DNA of 64,000 bases from a virus. A model generated the notes under the pieces. That model saw nothing but the letters and a program-made list of their open reading frames with translations, searched no databases and was not told the origin of the DNA. The stretch lies in IMG/VR virus record IMGVR_UViG_3300045988_140928, positions 88,692 through 152,691 of that record; one strand, written 5' to 3'. Both the position numbers and the translations under genes were made by a program. Below, in pieces: positions 33,499 to 42,327 of this stretch (within the stretch, counting starts at the first letter, position 1; every line of letters starts with the position of its first letter).

Positions 33499-33888
33499 TT
33501 ATTTTGCAGGAATTTGAAAATCTTTATCTTTTAGGAACTCCAAAGAGTCATACAGATTATAAGAGTGTCCGTATTCCCGTTGGTTAGTTAGTAAATCAAT
33601 AAATACATTATCAATAAAGATATAATTATCAAAGATTGTTAGCATTCTCTTATAACGGGGTTGCCAAACTAGTAGACAACTGGAAAAGTTAGGTGCATAA
33701 ATCTTAATAGTGTCAATCTTAATCACTTGTTTTAATTCATAGTCAAGCCCCTTGAAAGTAATTAAGTTAGTTTCTGAATCTGGCTTTGTGTAGTCGTCCA
33801 TTTTAATCATGTATGAACGGTAAAAGCTATACATAGATTTAGGCTTGTTTTGTGGCTTGATTTTGAAAAAGTCTTTTAATGTTAGCAT
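33499..33888 (-). CDS. hypothetical early protein
   Basis: ORF track. The second ATG (33888) has better spacing (7 nt) from AAAGGGGG than the ATG at 33894. Confidence 0.7.
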   Translation of the reverse strand: MLTLKDFFKIKPQNKPKSMYSFYRSYMIKMDDYTKPDSETNLITFKGLDYELKQVIKIDTIKIYAPNFSSCLLVWQPRYKRMLTIFDNYIFIDNVFIDLLTNQREYGHSYNLYDSLEFLKDKDFQIPAK

Positions 33889-33901
33889 AGTCATACCCCC
33901 T

Positions 33902-34099
33902 TTATCTTCTCATCCAAAGTGGTGTCATAATCGTTATAAAAATAATAATCCACCAGTTAGCGGGGTCAAGCATAGACAAAACAACAATAGGAACGGCAAG
34001 AATTAACAAACAGATAATAATTAGCTTCTTAGCCTTTTTATAGGCTTCGGGTATTTGTTGGTCGTGTACGTATTTACGGCGGTTGTCCCTCTCATTCAT
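33902..34099 (-). CDS. small membrane protein
   Basis: ORF track. Two hydrophobic helices. Confidence 0.65.
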   Translation of the reverse strand: MNERDNRRKYVHDQQIPEAYKKAKKLIIICLLILAVPIVVLSMLDPANWWIIIFITIMTPLWMRR

Positions 34100-34115
34100 A
34101 ATTACACCTTCTTAA

Positions 34116-34406
34116 TTATCTACTTTCAATTAATGATTCTACTGTGTTAAGGCTGTCAGTAATTACTTGACTAACCTTTTTTAATTCTTCTTCAGTAGGG
34201 TTATTACGATTGATTAGCAACTTGTGTGCCCCGTTGTTGTTAGTCGTATAAATTAATACATCGTTTTGGTCGGCGCTGTCATAATCAAAAAGCCAGTGAC
34301 CTTCATAATAAACATTTAACAAATCAAGGTCGATTGTAATATCATCGCCTTCAAGTGCAAAGTCTACAAGTTCCATGATTTTATTAGTTAGCTCTACATT
34401 AGTCAT
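34116..34406 (-). CDS. acidic hypothetical early protein
   Basis: ORF track. The start codon plus MTN lie inside repeat R2a. Confidence 0.7.
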   Translation of the reverse strand: MTNVELTNKIMELVDFALEGDDITIDLDLLNVYYEGHWLFDYDSADQNDVLIYTTNNNGAHKLLINRNNPTEEELKKVSQVITDSLNTVESLIESR

Positions 34407-34531
34407 TTTATTTACTTCCTTTTCTTAATTAATAAAGTCTAAACAATTAAGAGTTTAAGCTTAACTCTTGAAATAATCCTTGTTCCTTATTACATTATTA
34501 TAATAACATTGAATTGTTATTAAGTCAATAG
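34398..34531 (-). repeat. promoter/5'UTR cassette R2a (134 bp, 100% identical to 35506-35639)
   Basis: Promoter TTGACT (34528-23), 17 nt, TATTAT (34505-00). 5'UTR hairpin 34449-34469. SD, then ATGACTAAT. Checked base by base. Confidence 0.85.
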
Positions 34532-34537
34532 ATAAGG

Positions 34538-34936
34538 TTAAAAATTAGCTACTGCATTAACTAAACTAGACAATAATTCTTCTCCAGTTTTTGCGATTGT
34601 AATGGTTTTGTCCTCTACTTCTACAACTCTCCACCATTCATCTTTAGCTAATGAATCTACATTAACTTCATAGATTCCGAGGGCGTTTGCTTGCACTTTA
34701 TCATAGTTAACTTTTAGTTCCCATTTTTGGGTATATTGTGAAATATAATCAAGCGCAATCTTTGAACCAACCTTGACACTTGTAACAATATCCAAGGCCT
34801 TATCATATTCAGCTTCAGAAGCAAGGTCAAAGGCTACTGCTAACCAGTCTAGTTGCTTCAATGCTTTTACATTGTCTTTGTATAATTCTTTTTTAAGTTC
34901 CAAGTTTTGGTTAAATGCTTTTGTAGTGTTAGTCAT
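34538..34936 (-). CDS. hypothetical early protein
   Basis: ORF track. Driven by cassette R1b. Confidence 0.7.
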   Translation of the reverse strand: MTNTTKAFNQNLELKKELYKDNVKALKQLDWLAVAFDLASEAEYDKALDIVTSVKVGSKIALDYISQYTQKWELKVNYDKVQANALGIYEVNVDSLAKDEWWRVVEVEDKTITIAKTGEELLSSLVNAVANF

Positions 34937-35101
34937 AATTATTACTTCCTTTTCTTTATTCCTTATTACATTATTATAATAACATTGATTGTTAAGGTTG
35001 TCAACCCTTATTTCTAAATAATTAAGGATTTAAGCTCAATCCTTGAAATAACCTTTGCTTCATTACATTATTATAATAACATTGAATGTTATTATAGTCA
35101 A
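34932..35101 (-). repeat. promoter/5'UTR cassette R1b (identical to R1a)
   Basis: Promoters at 34976-35004 and 35073-35101. Hairpin 35024-35044. Confidence 0.85.
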
Positions 35102-35118
35102 TAGATATTTATAAAAAA

Positions 35119-35514
35119 TTAACTTAAAATGTTAGTGACGTAATTATCCCTTAAAGTTAGGATCTTATTGCGTTGATACAAATTGATCCCATTGACACCG
35201 ATATAATCATGTAAGATTACAGAATCAGCGTCTTCTAAATAGATGTACTTCTCACTTGCGTTATTCCAGTTATATAACCATAAAATAATAGGCGTTTCAT
35301 CATTGTCATGGTTGTTGTACCAGTCTTCGAGTTTAGTCCAGCACTCATGAAGTCCAGTTTCATCTTTTTCCATGAATTCATCGAAATCATCATCATAGAT
35401 GTCCTCAACTGTAGCATGCGCCCAGCACTCCAGACCATCAGCACTTAAGGCCTCAACTTGTGAGCTTTTTAATTCCATTTGATTAATAGCGTTCATAATT
35501 CCATTATTAGTCAT
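35119..35514 (-). CDS. acidic hypothetical early protein
   Basis: ORF track. Driven by cassette R2b. Confidence 0.7.
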   Translation of the reverse strand: MTNNGIMNAINQMELKSSQVEALSADGLECWAHATVEDIYDDDFDEFMEKDETGLHECWTKLEDWYNNHDNDETPIILWLYNWNNASEKYIYLEDADSVILHDYIGVNGINLYQRNKILTLRDNYVTNILS

Positions 35515-35639
35515 TTTATTTACTTCCTTTTCTTAATTAATAAAGTCTAAACAATTAAGAGTTTAAGCTTAACTCTTGAAATAATCCTTGTTCCTTATTA
35601 CATTATTATAATAACATTGAATTGTTATTAAGTCAATAG
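35506..35639 (-). repeat. promoter/5'UTR cassette R2b (identical to R2a)
   Basis: Promoter 35608-35636. Hairpin 35557-35577. Confidence 0.85.
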
Positions 35640-35644
35640 GTTAA

Positions 35645-36013
35645 TTAAACATTTTTGACCCAAGTTAGATCAGAATCCCAGTAACTTAATAGTACTTTGG
35701 CAGTTTCAATCGCTTTATTATGAATGTTGATAAACCATAGATATTGACCACTAGGCAATTCAGAATATGCAAAATCACCCCTCAAATAGTTACCATGATT
35801 TTTTGATACTTCTTTAATCATTTCATTGGCTAAACTAACTTTATTCACTGTTTCATCTTCTGCAAGTGTAACAAAATCATTGAAGAACGTATCTTCTCGG
35901 TCGGATTCGTCAATGTGTGATAGTACTACTTTACAAGCGTTTTTCATTGCTGAAACGTAAGTATTAACTGCTAACTTTTGGTCCTTGCTAAATTCAACAT
36001 ATTTGATAATCAT
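35645..36013 (-). CDS. hypothetical early protein
   Basis: ORF track. Preceded by an R1-like 5'UTR. Confidence 0.7.
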   Translation of the reverse strand: MIIKYVEFSKDQKLAVNTYVSAMKNACKVVLSHIDESDREDTFFNDFVTLAEDETVNKVSLANEMIKEVSKNHGNYLRGDFAYSELPSGQYLWFINIHNKAIETAKVLLSYWDSDLTWVKNV

Positions 36014-36052
36014 AATTATTACTTCCTTTTCTTTATTCCTTATTACATTATT

Positions 36053-36081
36053 ATAATAACATAGATAGTTATTACAGTCAA
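36053..36081 (-). promoter_or_regulatory. sigma-A consensus early promoter (cassette R3, R1-like)
   Basis: Minus strand: TTGACT (36081-76), 17 nt, TATTAT (36058-53). The 5'UTR 36014-36052 is identical to the R1 5'UTR. Confidence 0.7.
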
Positions 36082-36372
36082 TAGGTTAATTTAATTTTTA
36101 AGTGATTAATTTATAATCACTTATTAAATACGCCTTATTTGATTACACCTATATAATAACATAAGATTGACAATTTGCAATCATTATTTTTATTTATTAT
36201 TTAGTTTGGGAACTGTAACACTTACTCGCCCAGTTAATACATAGATTTTTATTTTCTTTTCTTCATATAATAGCAGTAATCCAAGTAAGACACGCCTTTA
36301 TATAACACTGCTGAATAAGGAAGTCAAGGAAATAATACACATTATTTTACCTGTCTTTTTCTTAAAAAATCT

Positions 36373-36450
36373 CTGGTACTCGAAAATTAATATAATATAA
36401 AAAGAACCCATTTTACTGGATTCTTTCTGGTACTCAAAAATTAATATAAT
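36373..36450 (+). repeat. pair of 24-nt motifs CTGGTACTC(G/A)AAAATTAATATAAT, 54 bp apart
   Basis: Copies at 36373-36396 and 36427-36450. The same motif pair recurs at 38856-38937. Confidence 0.7.
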
Positions 36451-36451
36451 A

Positions 36452-37255
36452 TTAATCTAGTTCATTGGTAGTGGTTAACATACTAACAGCCATTGTTAGG
36501 CTACCATACTTACCACGTAATGTAATCATTGTTCTAAGTGCACTATCCCCTTTAATAAAAGCATTTAAAGATTCTTCTGAATTAAATCCTTCTAGGCTCC
36601 CCCAAGCTTCTGAACCACACTTAACTAATGTTAGGGGCTTCGTATCTAGGTACATACGATAATCGTTTCTAATACCTGCACCATAAGCATTAAAGTAAGT
36701 AGTTCTAATTACATTAGAGTCTAGGTCTTTAACTTCACTAAAGAAAATTGAGGCACTGCTATACATTATCATAGCGACTCGCCCTAACAATCCTAGATTA
36801 ATTAATTCAAATAAGTTGTAAAAACTAATATCCTGTTCAGTCCAACTAGGTTTAATTAATGGTGTAATTAAATATTCCCGTTCACCCATTAACAGATTGA
36901 ACACATATTGGTCATAGTAAAGTTGAACAATCGTATAATTATGATCTGCTACTTTAAATTCTCGATACTTGTAATAACGGGGTACCTTATTTAAGAAGGT
37001 CCATTCGTGAGGGTCTCCCTCCTCAAACAAACCAGATGGGTCATTCCTTAAATCCCATTCTAACATTTCTTGGCTTGAAAAAGTGCTGAACTGCAATAAT
37101 TCAAAATTTTTACTAAAACGAGGCTGTGCAACTAAATACGTAAAGCCGTGTTGACCTACATCTTTAGCTTGGCTAATACTCATACTAATTAAATGATAGT
37201 TCTTTAGGTGGTTAGCCATAGCCCGAGATGTTTTTAATTTCTTATACGTAATCAT
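36452..37255 (-). CDS. hypothetical protein
   Basis: ORF track. Confidence 0.75.
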   Translation of the reverse strand: MITYKKLKTSRAMANHLKNYHLISMSISQAKDVGQHGFTYLVAQPRFSKNFELLQFSTFSSQEMLEWDLRNDPSGLFEEGDPHEWTFLNKVPRYYKYREFKVADHNYTIVQLYYDQYVFNLLMGEREYLITPLIKPSWTEQDISFYNLFELINLGLLGRVAMIMYSSASIFFSEVKDLDSNVIRTTYFNAYGAGIRNDYRMYLDTKPLTLVKCGSEAWGSLEGFNSEESLNAFIKGDSALRTMITLRGKYGSLTMAVSMLTTTNELD

Positions 37256-37256
37256 A

Positions 37257-37844
37257 CTACTTCATTCTTTCGCTGTATTTTTTAAGCATAGCTTTCGGGT
37301 CCATAATATCGTCTAAGATCCCACTTTCATCTAATTGCTTCATTAAGTCTAATAAAGCTGGAATTGCATATGCTTTAATATTATTATTAACAACTTTAGG
37401 TGTTAAATCAAGTACATAATTAATAATATGTTGATCTGGAGTTAAATCACCTGCATCGAAAATAAAGTTAACGAGTTGCACTAAGTGCTTCTTAGTTAAA
37501 ATGTGATCTGGAAGCGACTTTAATTCATTTTCTAAAACTCCTAAGATTACGTTAAAAGTAGAGTCCTCTACATTTACCTCCTCAATTTTCTTAATAAGCA
37601 ATTCTCGATCATAACCATATTTAGACACGCCCGCACCGGCAATCGTTTTTTCTAGCGTTTCGTGCAGTTGGGTATTACCCATCTCTCTTAACGCTTTGTA
37701 GTTTTCAAGACCAAATGGAATAAAGTAGGTATCTTTATCGACCTTAATTACACTAAAGTTTTCAATGGGGACAATTTGTACATTAACATCTCCCATAGTA
37801 GTCATGTAGTAGCTAGTGTTGTGTCGCATAGCATTAAATTTCAT
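37257..37844 (-). CDS. hypothetical protein
   Basis: ORF track. Confidence 0.75.
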   Translation of the reverse strand: MKFNAMRHNTSYYMTTMGDVNVQIVPIENFSVIKVDKDTYFIPFGLENYKALREMGNTQLHETLEKTIAGAGVSKYGYDRELLIKKIEEVNVEDSTFNVILGVLENELKSLPDHILTKKHLVQLVNFIFDAGDLTPDQHIINYVLDLTPKVVNNNIKAYAIPALLDLMKQLDESGILDDIMDPKAMLKKYSERMK

Positions 37845-37858
37845 TAGTAATCTCTCCT

Positions 37859-38572
37859 TTAGTTTAAGCTTAACCCAGCATTCTGTAATTGTCTAATCAA
37901 TTCTTTACCGTCTTTAGTAGCACCAATCTGATTAACAATCTGGTTTACTCGCTTGTCAATTTCATTTAAAGCTTCCTCTTGTTTGTCTTTAGGAATGTAT
38001 CTAACAAAGATTTCCTTTAGTGCAGTCATTTCAGACTCCTTAATTAGTTGATATTGCATTAGAGCTTCGGCAGTTAACCCTCTTGTTCGACTACCAAAGT
38101 ATTTAGCATGTAAACTCAGTGCACTCATTAACGTTTTGGGGTCAATAAATTCAGACTCTTCAATTGTTTTCATACCTTTATTAATAATCATTTCTAAGGC
38201 TTGATCTTCTGAATATAACTTACTTACCGGTCCAGTAGCAGAATTATTTATTACTGGTTGTTGGCTCTGGCTTTTCGGCTCATTAGTTTTACCAGTAAAG
38301 CCAATGATTTTATTACTGTCTACATCGTCAATGGAGTTCTTTTCTCGTTTATCCATTAATTGTTCTAAAGGAATGTTTTGTTCCTGTGATTCTTTAATTC
38401 GCTTTTTAAGTTTAGTAAGGTTACCCTTAGCCATTTTATATCCTTTAGAGTTTAAATATCTAATAATATAATCATAGCTCATTTGTTGTTCCATTAATCC
38501 AATAACCTTACTAAAAATAGCTTTATTGTTATAAAGCTCTTTTAAGCTTAGTGATTTTAAGTCTGTAGCCAC
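37859..38572 (-). CDS. hypothetical protein
   Basis: ORF track. GTG start after TAGGAGG. Confidence 0.75.
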   Translation of the reverse strand: MATDLKSLSLKELYNNKAIFSKVIGLMEQQMSYDYIIRYLNSKGYKMAKGNLTKLKKRIKESQEQNIPLEQLMDKREKNSIDDVDSNKIIGFTGKTNEPKSQSQQPVINNSATGPVSKLYSEDQALEMIINKGMKTIEESEFIDPKTLMSALSLHAKYFGSRTRGLTAEALMQYQLIKESEMTALKEIFVRYIPKDKQEEALNEIDKRVNQIVNQIGATKDGKELIRQLQNAGLSLN

Positions 38573-38855
38573 TCTAAGACCTCCTAGTTAATTTTAGTAT
38601 AATTTATCATGAACAAATTAAAATCGCTAAAACAAGCTCTTATAGCCTATTTTGGGTATATTTAGATTGAGATTTAACCTGAATAAAAATAATTAATAAT
38701 TAGCTATTACTTACTGTCTGTAAGCTTAACTCGCTTTTAACCTTATCTAGGCTCTGTTTATAGTCTAACTTAATAAATTTAAATATAAGCTGAATTATAG
38801 CTCTTTAAGCAATTTTTAGCGATCTTAAAATAAACTCACTAAATTGTGGTTTATT

Positions 38856-38937
38856 CTTGGTTTTCAAAAATTAATATAGTGAACAAAAGTTAATGAAAAT
38901 ATGAACATCGTTTCTGGTACTCGAAAATTAATATAAT
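38856..38937 (+). repeat. second pair of the 24-nt motif (one degenerate copy), 58 bp apart
   Basis: 38914-38937 is an exact CTGGTACTCGAAAATTAATATAAT. 38856-38880 is CTTGGTTTTCAAAAATTAATATAGT. Confidence 0.65.
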
Positions 38938-38953
38938 TTTAAGTACAGAATTG

Positions 38954-39000
38954 TATATAAAAAGAGATTTTGAATGACCCTGAAGTCACCCAAAATCTCT
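38954..39000 (-). terminator. intrinsic terminator
   Basis: AGAGATTTTG/CAAAATCTCT 10-bp stem followed on the minus strand by TTTTATATA. Confidence 0.7.
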
Positions 39001-39004
39001 TAGA

Positions 39005-39217
39005 CTAATGTCTATAATGATTGATTAGGATTGGTAAGGAAGCTCCAATTACAAACCCTAATGCAGTAGTTAATTCTAGCATTTGCACATGAGGCAAACC
39101 TAAAACACAACCGATTGAATAACCAATAAATACAATGCCTTGCCACAAAAAACTGTAAACAACTGTCATTACAATGGTCATTAATAACCAATTATTCACT
39201 AGCTTTTTCATTAGCAC
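39005..39217 (-). CDS. small two-TM membrane protein
   Basis: ORF track. Hydrophobic. Confidence 0.65.
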   Translation of the reverse strand: MLMKKLVNNWLLMTIVMTVVYSFLWQGIVFIGYSIGCVLGLPHVQMLELTTALGFVIGASLPILINHYRH

Positions 39218-39222
39218 TTACC

Positions 39223-39558
39223 TTATTTCTTAGTTGCAGTAGTTGTCTTTTTAGCTGATGTTTTAGTAGTTTTCTTAGCTACTGTCTTTTTAGGTTTAGC
39301 TTCTTCTTTTTTAAGAGGTAGGAATCCCCATTCGCTATCATAAATCCCATGTTCTACTACTTTAACGTTCTTAAAGTCTGAGGTTAATTGAACTGTATAG
39401 GACTTAATAACTCCTGTATTAGGTTCTTTTACTCTAAAAGTAGGCAATCCATTAAGACGGTTGTATTCTTGGTCCTTAGCTCTAACTTCATATTGCTTAA
39501 AAACCAAGCTGTCAATCAATTCATACGTTTTCTTTTCAATAATTCGTCTACTAATCAT
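39223..39558 (-). CDS. hypothetical protein with Lys/Thr/Ala-rich basic tail (possible DNA binder)
   Basis: C-terminus KKEEAKPKKTVAKKTTKTSAKKTTTATKK. Confidence 0.7.
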   Translation of the reverse strand: MISRRIIEKKTYELIDSLVFKQYEVRAKDQEYNRLNGLPTFRVKEPNTGVIKSYTVQLTSDFKNVKVVEHGIYDSEWGFLPLKKEEAKPKKTVAKKTTKTSAKKTTTATKK

Positions 39559-39560
39559 AA

Positions 39561-40109
39561 TTATCTCTCCTTGTATTTACGCCTAATATTTTCTTGTTTA
39601 TTTTCGTGTAGTTCTACCTTACGTTTTCCTCTTCCTTTCCCATATCCGGGATTTTTATGAGTAATTCTGTTATCTAAGGAGTCATGGGCATTAAAAAATT
39701 CACGTGAAGTAGTACGATACCGATAATTATACATAATTGTAATATAGTTTTCAGATAGGACCTGAGCAGTGATATAAAGCTTACCATTGATCATTGCTCC
39801 AGTTCTTACTTGGTATATCTCAGTAGTAGTTGAAATTGTACCTTTTTGATCTATCTTTTTTAGCTGTAATAACTTTAGATCTATTTGTTCATACCTAGAT
39901 ACTAACTCTAAGCCATACCTTTCAGCATTATATAGATCTTTTTTACTAGCCTTATTAATCTTAGTAAAGAAGCCTTCTAAATAGTAGCCTTTTTTACTGT
40001 TTAGAAACCCTGCGCCGGTTAATGATAGACCTTTGATGCCACTTTCGTTTTTCTGCTTTGCTATGAAAATCACCACCTGTTGTAGTATCGTGGGTATAAA
40101 TATTACCAA
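39561..40109 (-). CDS. hypothetical protein (start uncertain; overlaps upstream ORF by 116 nt)
   Basis: ORF track (TTG start). In-frame GTGs at 40076 and 40073 are alternatives. Confidence 0.55.
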   Translation of the reverse strand: MVIFIPTILQQVVIFIAKQKNESGIKGLSLTGAGFLNSKKGYYLEGFFTKINKASKKDLYNAERYGLELVSRYEQIDLKLLQLKKIDQKGTISTTTEIYQVRTGAMINGKLYITAQVLSENYITIMYNYRYRTTSREFFNAHDSLDNRITHKNPGYGKGRGKRKVELHENKQENIRRKYKER

Positions 40110-40719
40110 AATGATAGCGTTGTAAAGGCTTTTTAGAATCTAATAGCCCTTTGATGTATAGGCCTGCAATTACTTTTTGTTGACTATCTTTACTAAACAT
40201 TTCTCCAAAGAGGTTTTCTGCATCTACTCGTCTACGCTTTTCTTTAGTATGTGTTTTAGCATTTAAAATAGCATTTAATTCACTAGACCATAGAATAGAA
40301 GTAGTTCCTCTTAAGGTAACTTTAGACGAGGGATTAGCTCTTCTAATCATTCCTGTAATTGCTTGGTCTTCAAATTGTTCGTAGCTAATAATACCAACAC
40401 AGTCTAGTTCTGGATTATCTTTAATTAATTCCTTTACCTTTTTAACGTGTGAATCATGACAATATACATAAGTATATTTACACACTCTGATATAGTCTTC
40501 TAATTGGTGAGGAAGACGTTTAAGTGTGTCATATTCAGTTTTAATTTCTATACCTATAATACCTTTATTACTACTAAATAAAAGACAGTCTGCGATTGTT
40601 TTCCAGTTAATTGTCTTTTCATAAATAATAAGACTGTCACCTACTGGGCCATAACGATCAAACAGGTTCTTATTATGTAAAATACTATTTTTAATCTCGT
40701 CTTCCATTAATCGTTTCAT
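39994..40719 (-). CDS. PD-(D/E)XK nuclease-fold protein (MmcB-like)
   Basis: DCLLFSSNKGIIGIEIKTEYD gives a D...E-x-K arrangement. The last ~35 residues look like out-of-frame junk. Confidence 0.5.
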   Translation of the reverse strand: MKRLMEDEIKNSILHNKNLFDRYGPVGDSLIIYEKTINWKTIADCLLFSSNKGIIGIEIKTEYDTLKRLPHQLEDYIRVCKYTYVYCHDSHVKKVKELIKDNPELDCVGIISYEQFEDQAITGMIRRANPSSKVTLRGTTSILWSSELNAILNAKTHTKEKRRRVDAENLFGEMFSKDSQQKVIAGLYIKGLLDSKKPLQRYHFGNIYTHDTTTGGDFHSKAEKRKWHQRSIINRRRVSKQ

Positions 40720-41280
40720 TTATATTGCTCCTGAGGATGTTAAAACATTAAAATAAGGCATATAAGTACTATATAAAGGTCCAATATAACCTTTCCAACG
40801 ATCAAATTGATAAGTGTCTTTTAACCACTTAACATTATTAAGACCAATAAAGATACCTGTCTTCTCCATCTTTTCATATTTACCTGTCTTAGGGCCAATC
40901 AATACTTTTTTGTGCATTTCTGGAAATCCTAGACCCCAATTGCCAGTAATTGTATCAGTGCCATTAATAACTGGAGTAGTGAAGATAGCAGGTAAGTAAT
41001 TGAATTTCCTTTTAACTTTTAGTTTACGTTTATTATTAAGATGCTTAGCTAAATCAGTTCCCTCATATGGTTTTTCTTTTATCTCTACTAAGGTACGCTT
41101 CTTAAATAATACATTCGGATCTTTAGTCTGTTGATAAAGTTTAATTCCATTAGTACCTAATTCATAAGCAACAACTAATTTACCCTCGTCACCTTGAATT
41201 AAATCTATGTAATAATAAGGTTCTTCATCTACAATTACTACCCCCGATTGTACATCAAGCATCTTTTCCAGTTCGTTCAT
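40720..41280 (-). CDS. hypothetical protein
   Basis: ORF track. ATG at 41280 is preferred over the GTG at 41292, which has no SD. Confidence 0.65.
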   Translation of the reverse strand: MNELEKMLDVQSGVVIVDEEPYYYIDLIQGDEGKLVVAYELGTNGIKLYQQTKDPNVLFKKRTLVEIKEKPYEGTDLAKHLNNKRKLKVKRKFNYLPAIFTTPVINGTDTITGNWGLGFPEMHKKVLIGPKTGKYEKMEKTGIFIGLNNVKWLKDTYQFDRWKGYIGPLYSTYMPYFNVLTSSGAI

Positions 41281-41629
41281 TCTTATCACCACGCATTACT
41301 TTACGTTCATAGTATTTAAGTCTTGCTTTATATTGATAAGCGATAAACTTACGAACAATAACAGAGTCAATAATATCTCTTATCCAGAAAGCCAAAATTA
41401 AGCCAATAATAAAGGAAACCTCATTCTCTAAACCTAAGTATGTATATACACAGTATATACCAAGTACACCAAGTAAAATTGTTAAAGTATAAGAGATTAA
41501 AATACTAACACTGTAAACATTCTTTTGAAATCTGGTTATGTTTTGTTTATCTTGTCTAATATTAGTATAAGCAGAAATACCTTCAAAGATTTCAACTATA
41601 ATATAAGTAATTATACAGTATTGTATCAT
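41255..41629 (-). CDS. multi-TM membrane protein
   Basis: ORF track. 3-4 hydrophobic helices. Confidence 0.65.
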   Translation of the reverse strand: MIQYCIITYIIVEIFEGISAYTNIRQDKQNITRFQKNVYSVSILISYTLTILLGVLGIYCVYTYLGLENEVSFIIGLILAFWIRDIIDSVIVRKFIAYQYKARLKYYERKVMRGDKNERTGKDA

Positions 41630-42261
41630 TAGTCTTTTATCACCTCTTTATTTTCTTTGGCTTTTATTTCGCCATCTAAAGCAACAGGCAGGTTCATAAT
41701 TTTACCGTCAAAGTTTTTAAGATGTTCATTTACATAAGCCTGAGCAGAATCTTTACTAGAAAAGGTAAGAATAGCATTAATTTCATCAGACCAAAATAGT
41801 TGATTATCCTTAGTCAATAAATAATAAGCACCATTAATGCAGTTATTTTCACGTTGAAAGCCTTGAATAATCTTACTATCAATCAAATGTTGTGATTTTA
41901 ATTTTTCTATATCATTAATTTTATCTTCATTGCCATATTCTTTATAAAGGTCTGATAAGCTATCGGTATTAGCTAAGAACATAACCTCTTTTTCGCCCTT
42001 TTCATTTAATCGACTAACTACTAACTCGTCATAATTATAAAATAGCTCTTGTTGTCCTAAGTTATACATTGTTTCACCTAAGACAACGATACCGATGACT
42101 AAGAGAATTAGCCAAGTCCAGACACTCCACATTGGTATAGTAGGTCCAGTAATAACAACAATAAGCAATAATGTAAAGAGTGCAATCAATAAGCCGAATG
42201 ACCAGTGAAATCTGTTAACTAACTTATCATACGGAATATTCATAATTTTATTATCTTTCAT
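41629..42261 (-). CDS. membrane protein (two N-terminal TM helices)
   Basis: ORF track. Confidence 0.7.
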   Translation of the reverse strand: MKDNKIMNIPYDKLVNRFHWSFGLLIALFTLLLIVVITGPTIPMWSVWTWLILLVIGIVVLGETMYNLGQQELFYNYDELVVSRLNEKGEKEVMFLANTDSLSDLYKEYGNEDKINDIEKLKSQHLIDSKIIQGFQRENNCINGAYYLLTKDNQLFWSDEINAILTFSSKDSAQAYVNEHLKNFDGKIMNLPVALDGEIKAKENKEVIKD

Positions 42262-42327
42262 TAAATTAAAAACCTCACTAAATTTATTAACTTAATTTTA
42301 GCTAATAAACAGTGAGGTTTACTTATT

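Noticed and set aside
33316-36090. Possible CRISPR array (regularly spaced identical repeats)
   Set aside because: The repeats are 134-170 bp and contain promoters, an SD and start codons. The 'spacers' are 0.3-1.3-kb stretches of protein-coding genes. No cas genes are present.
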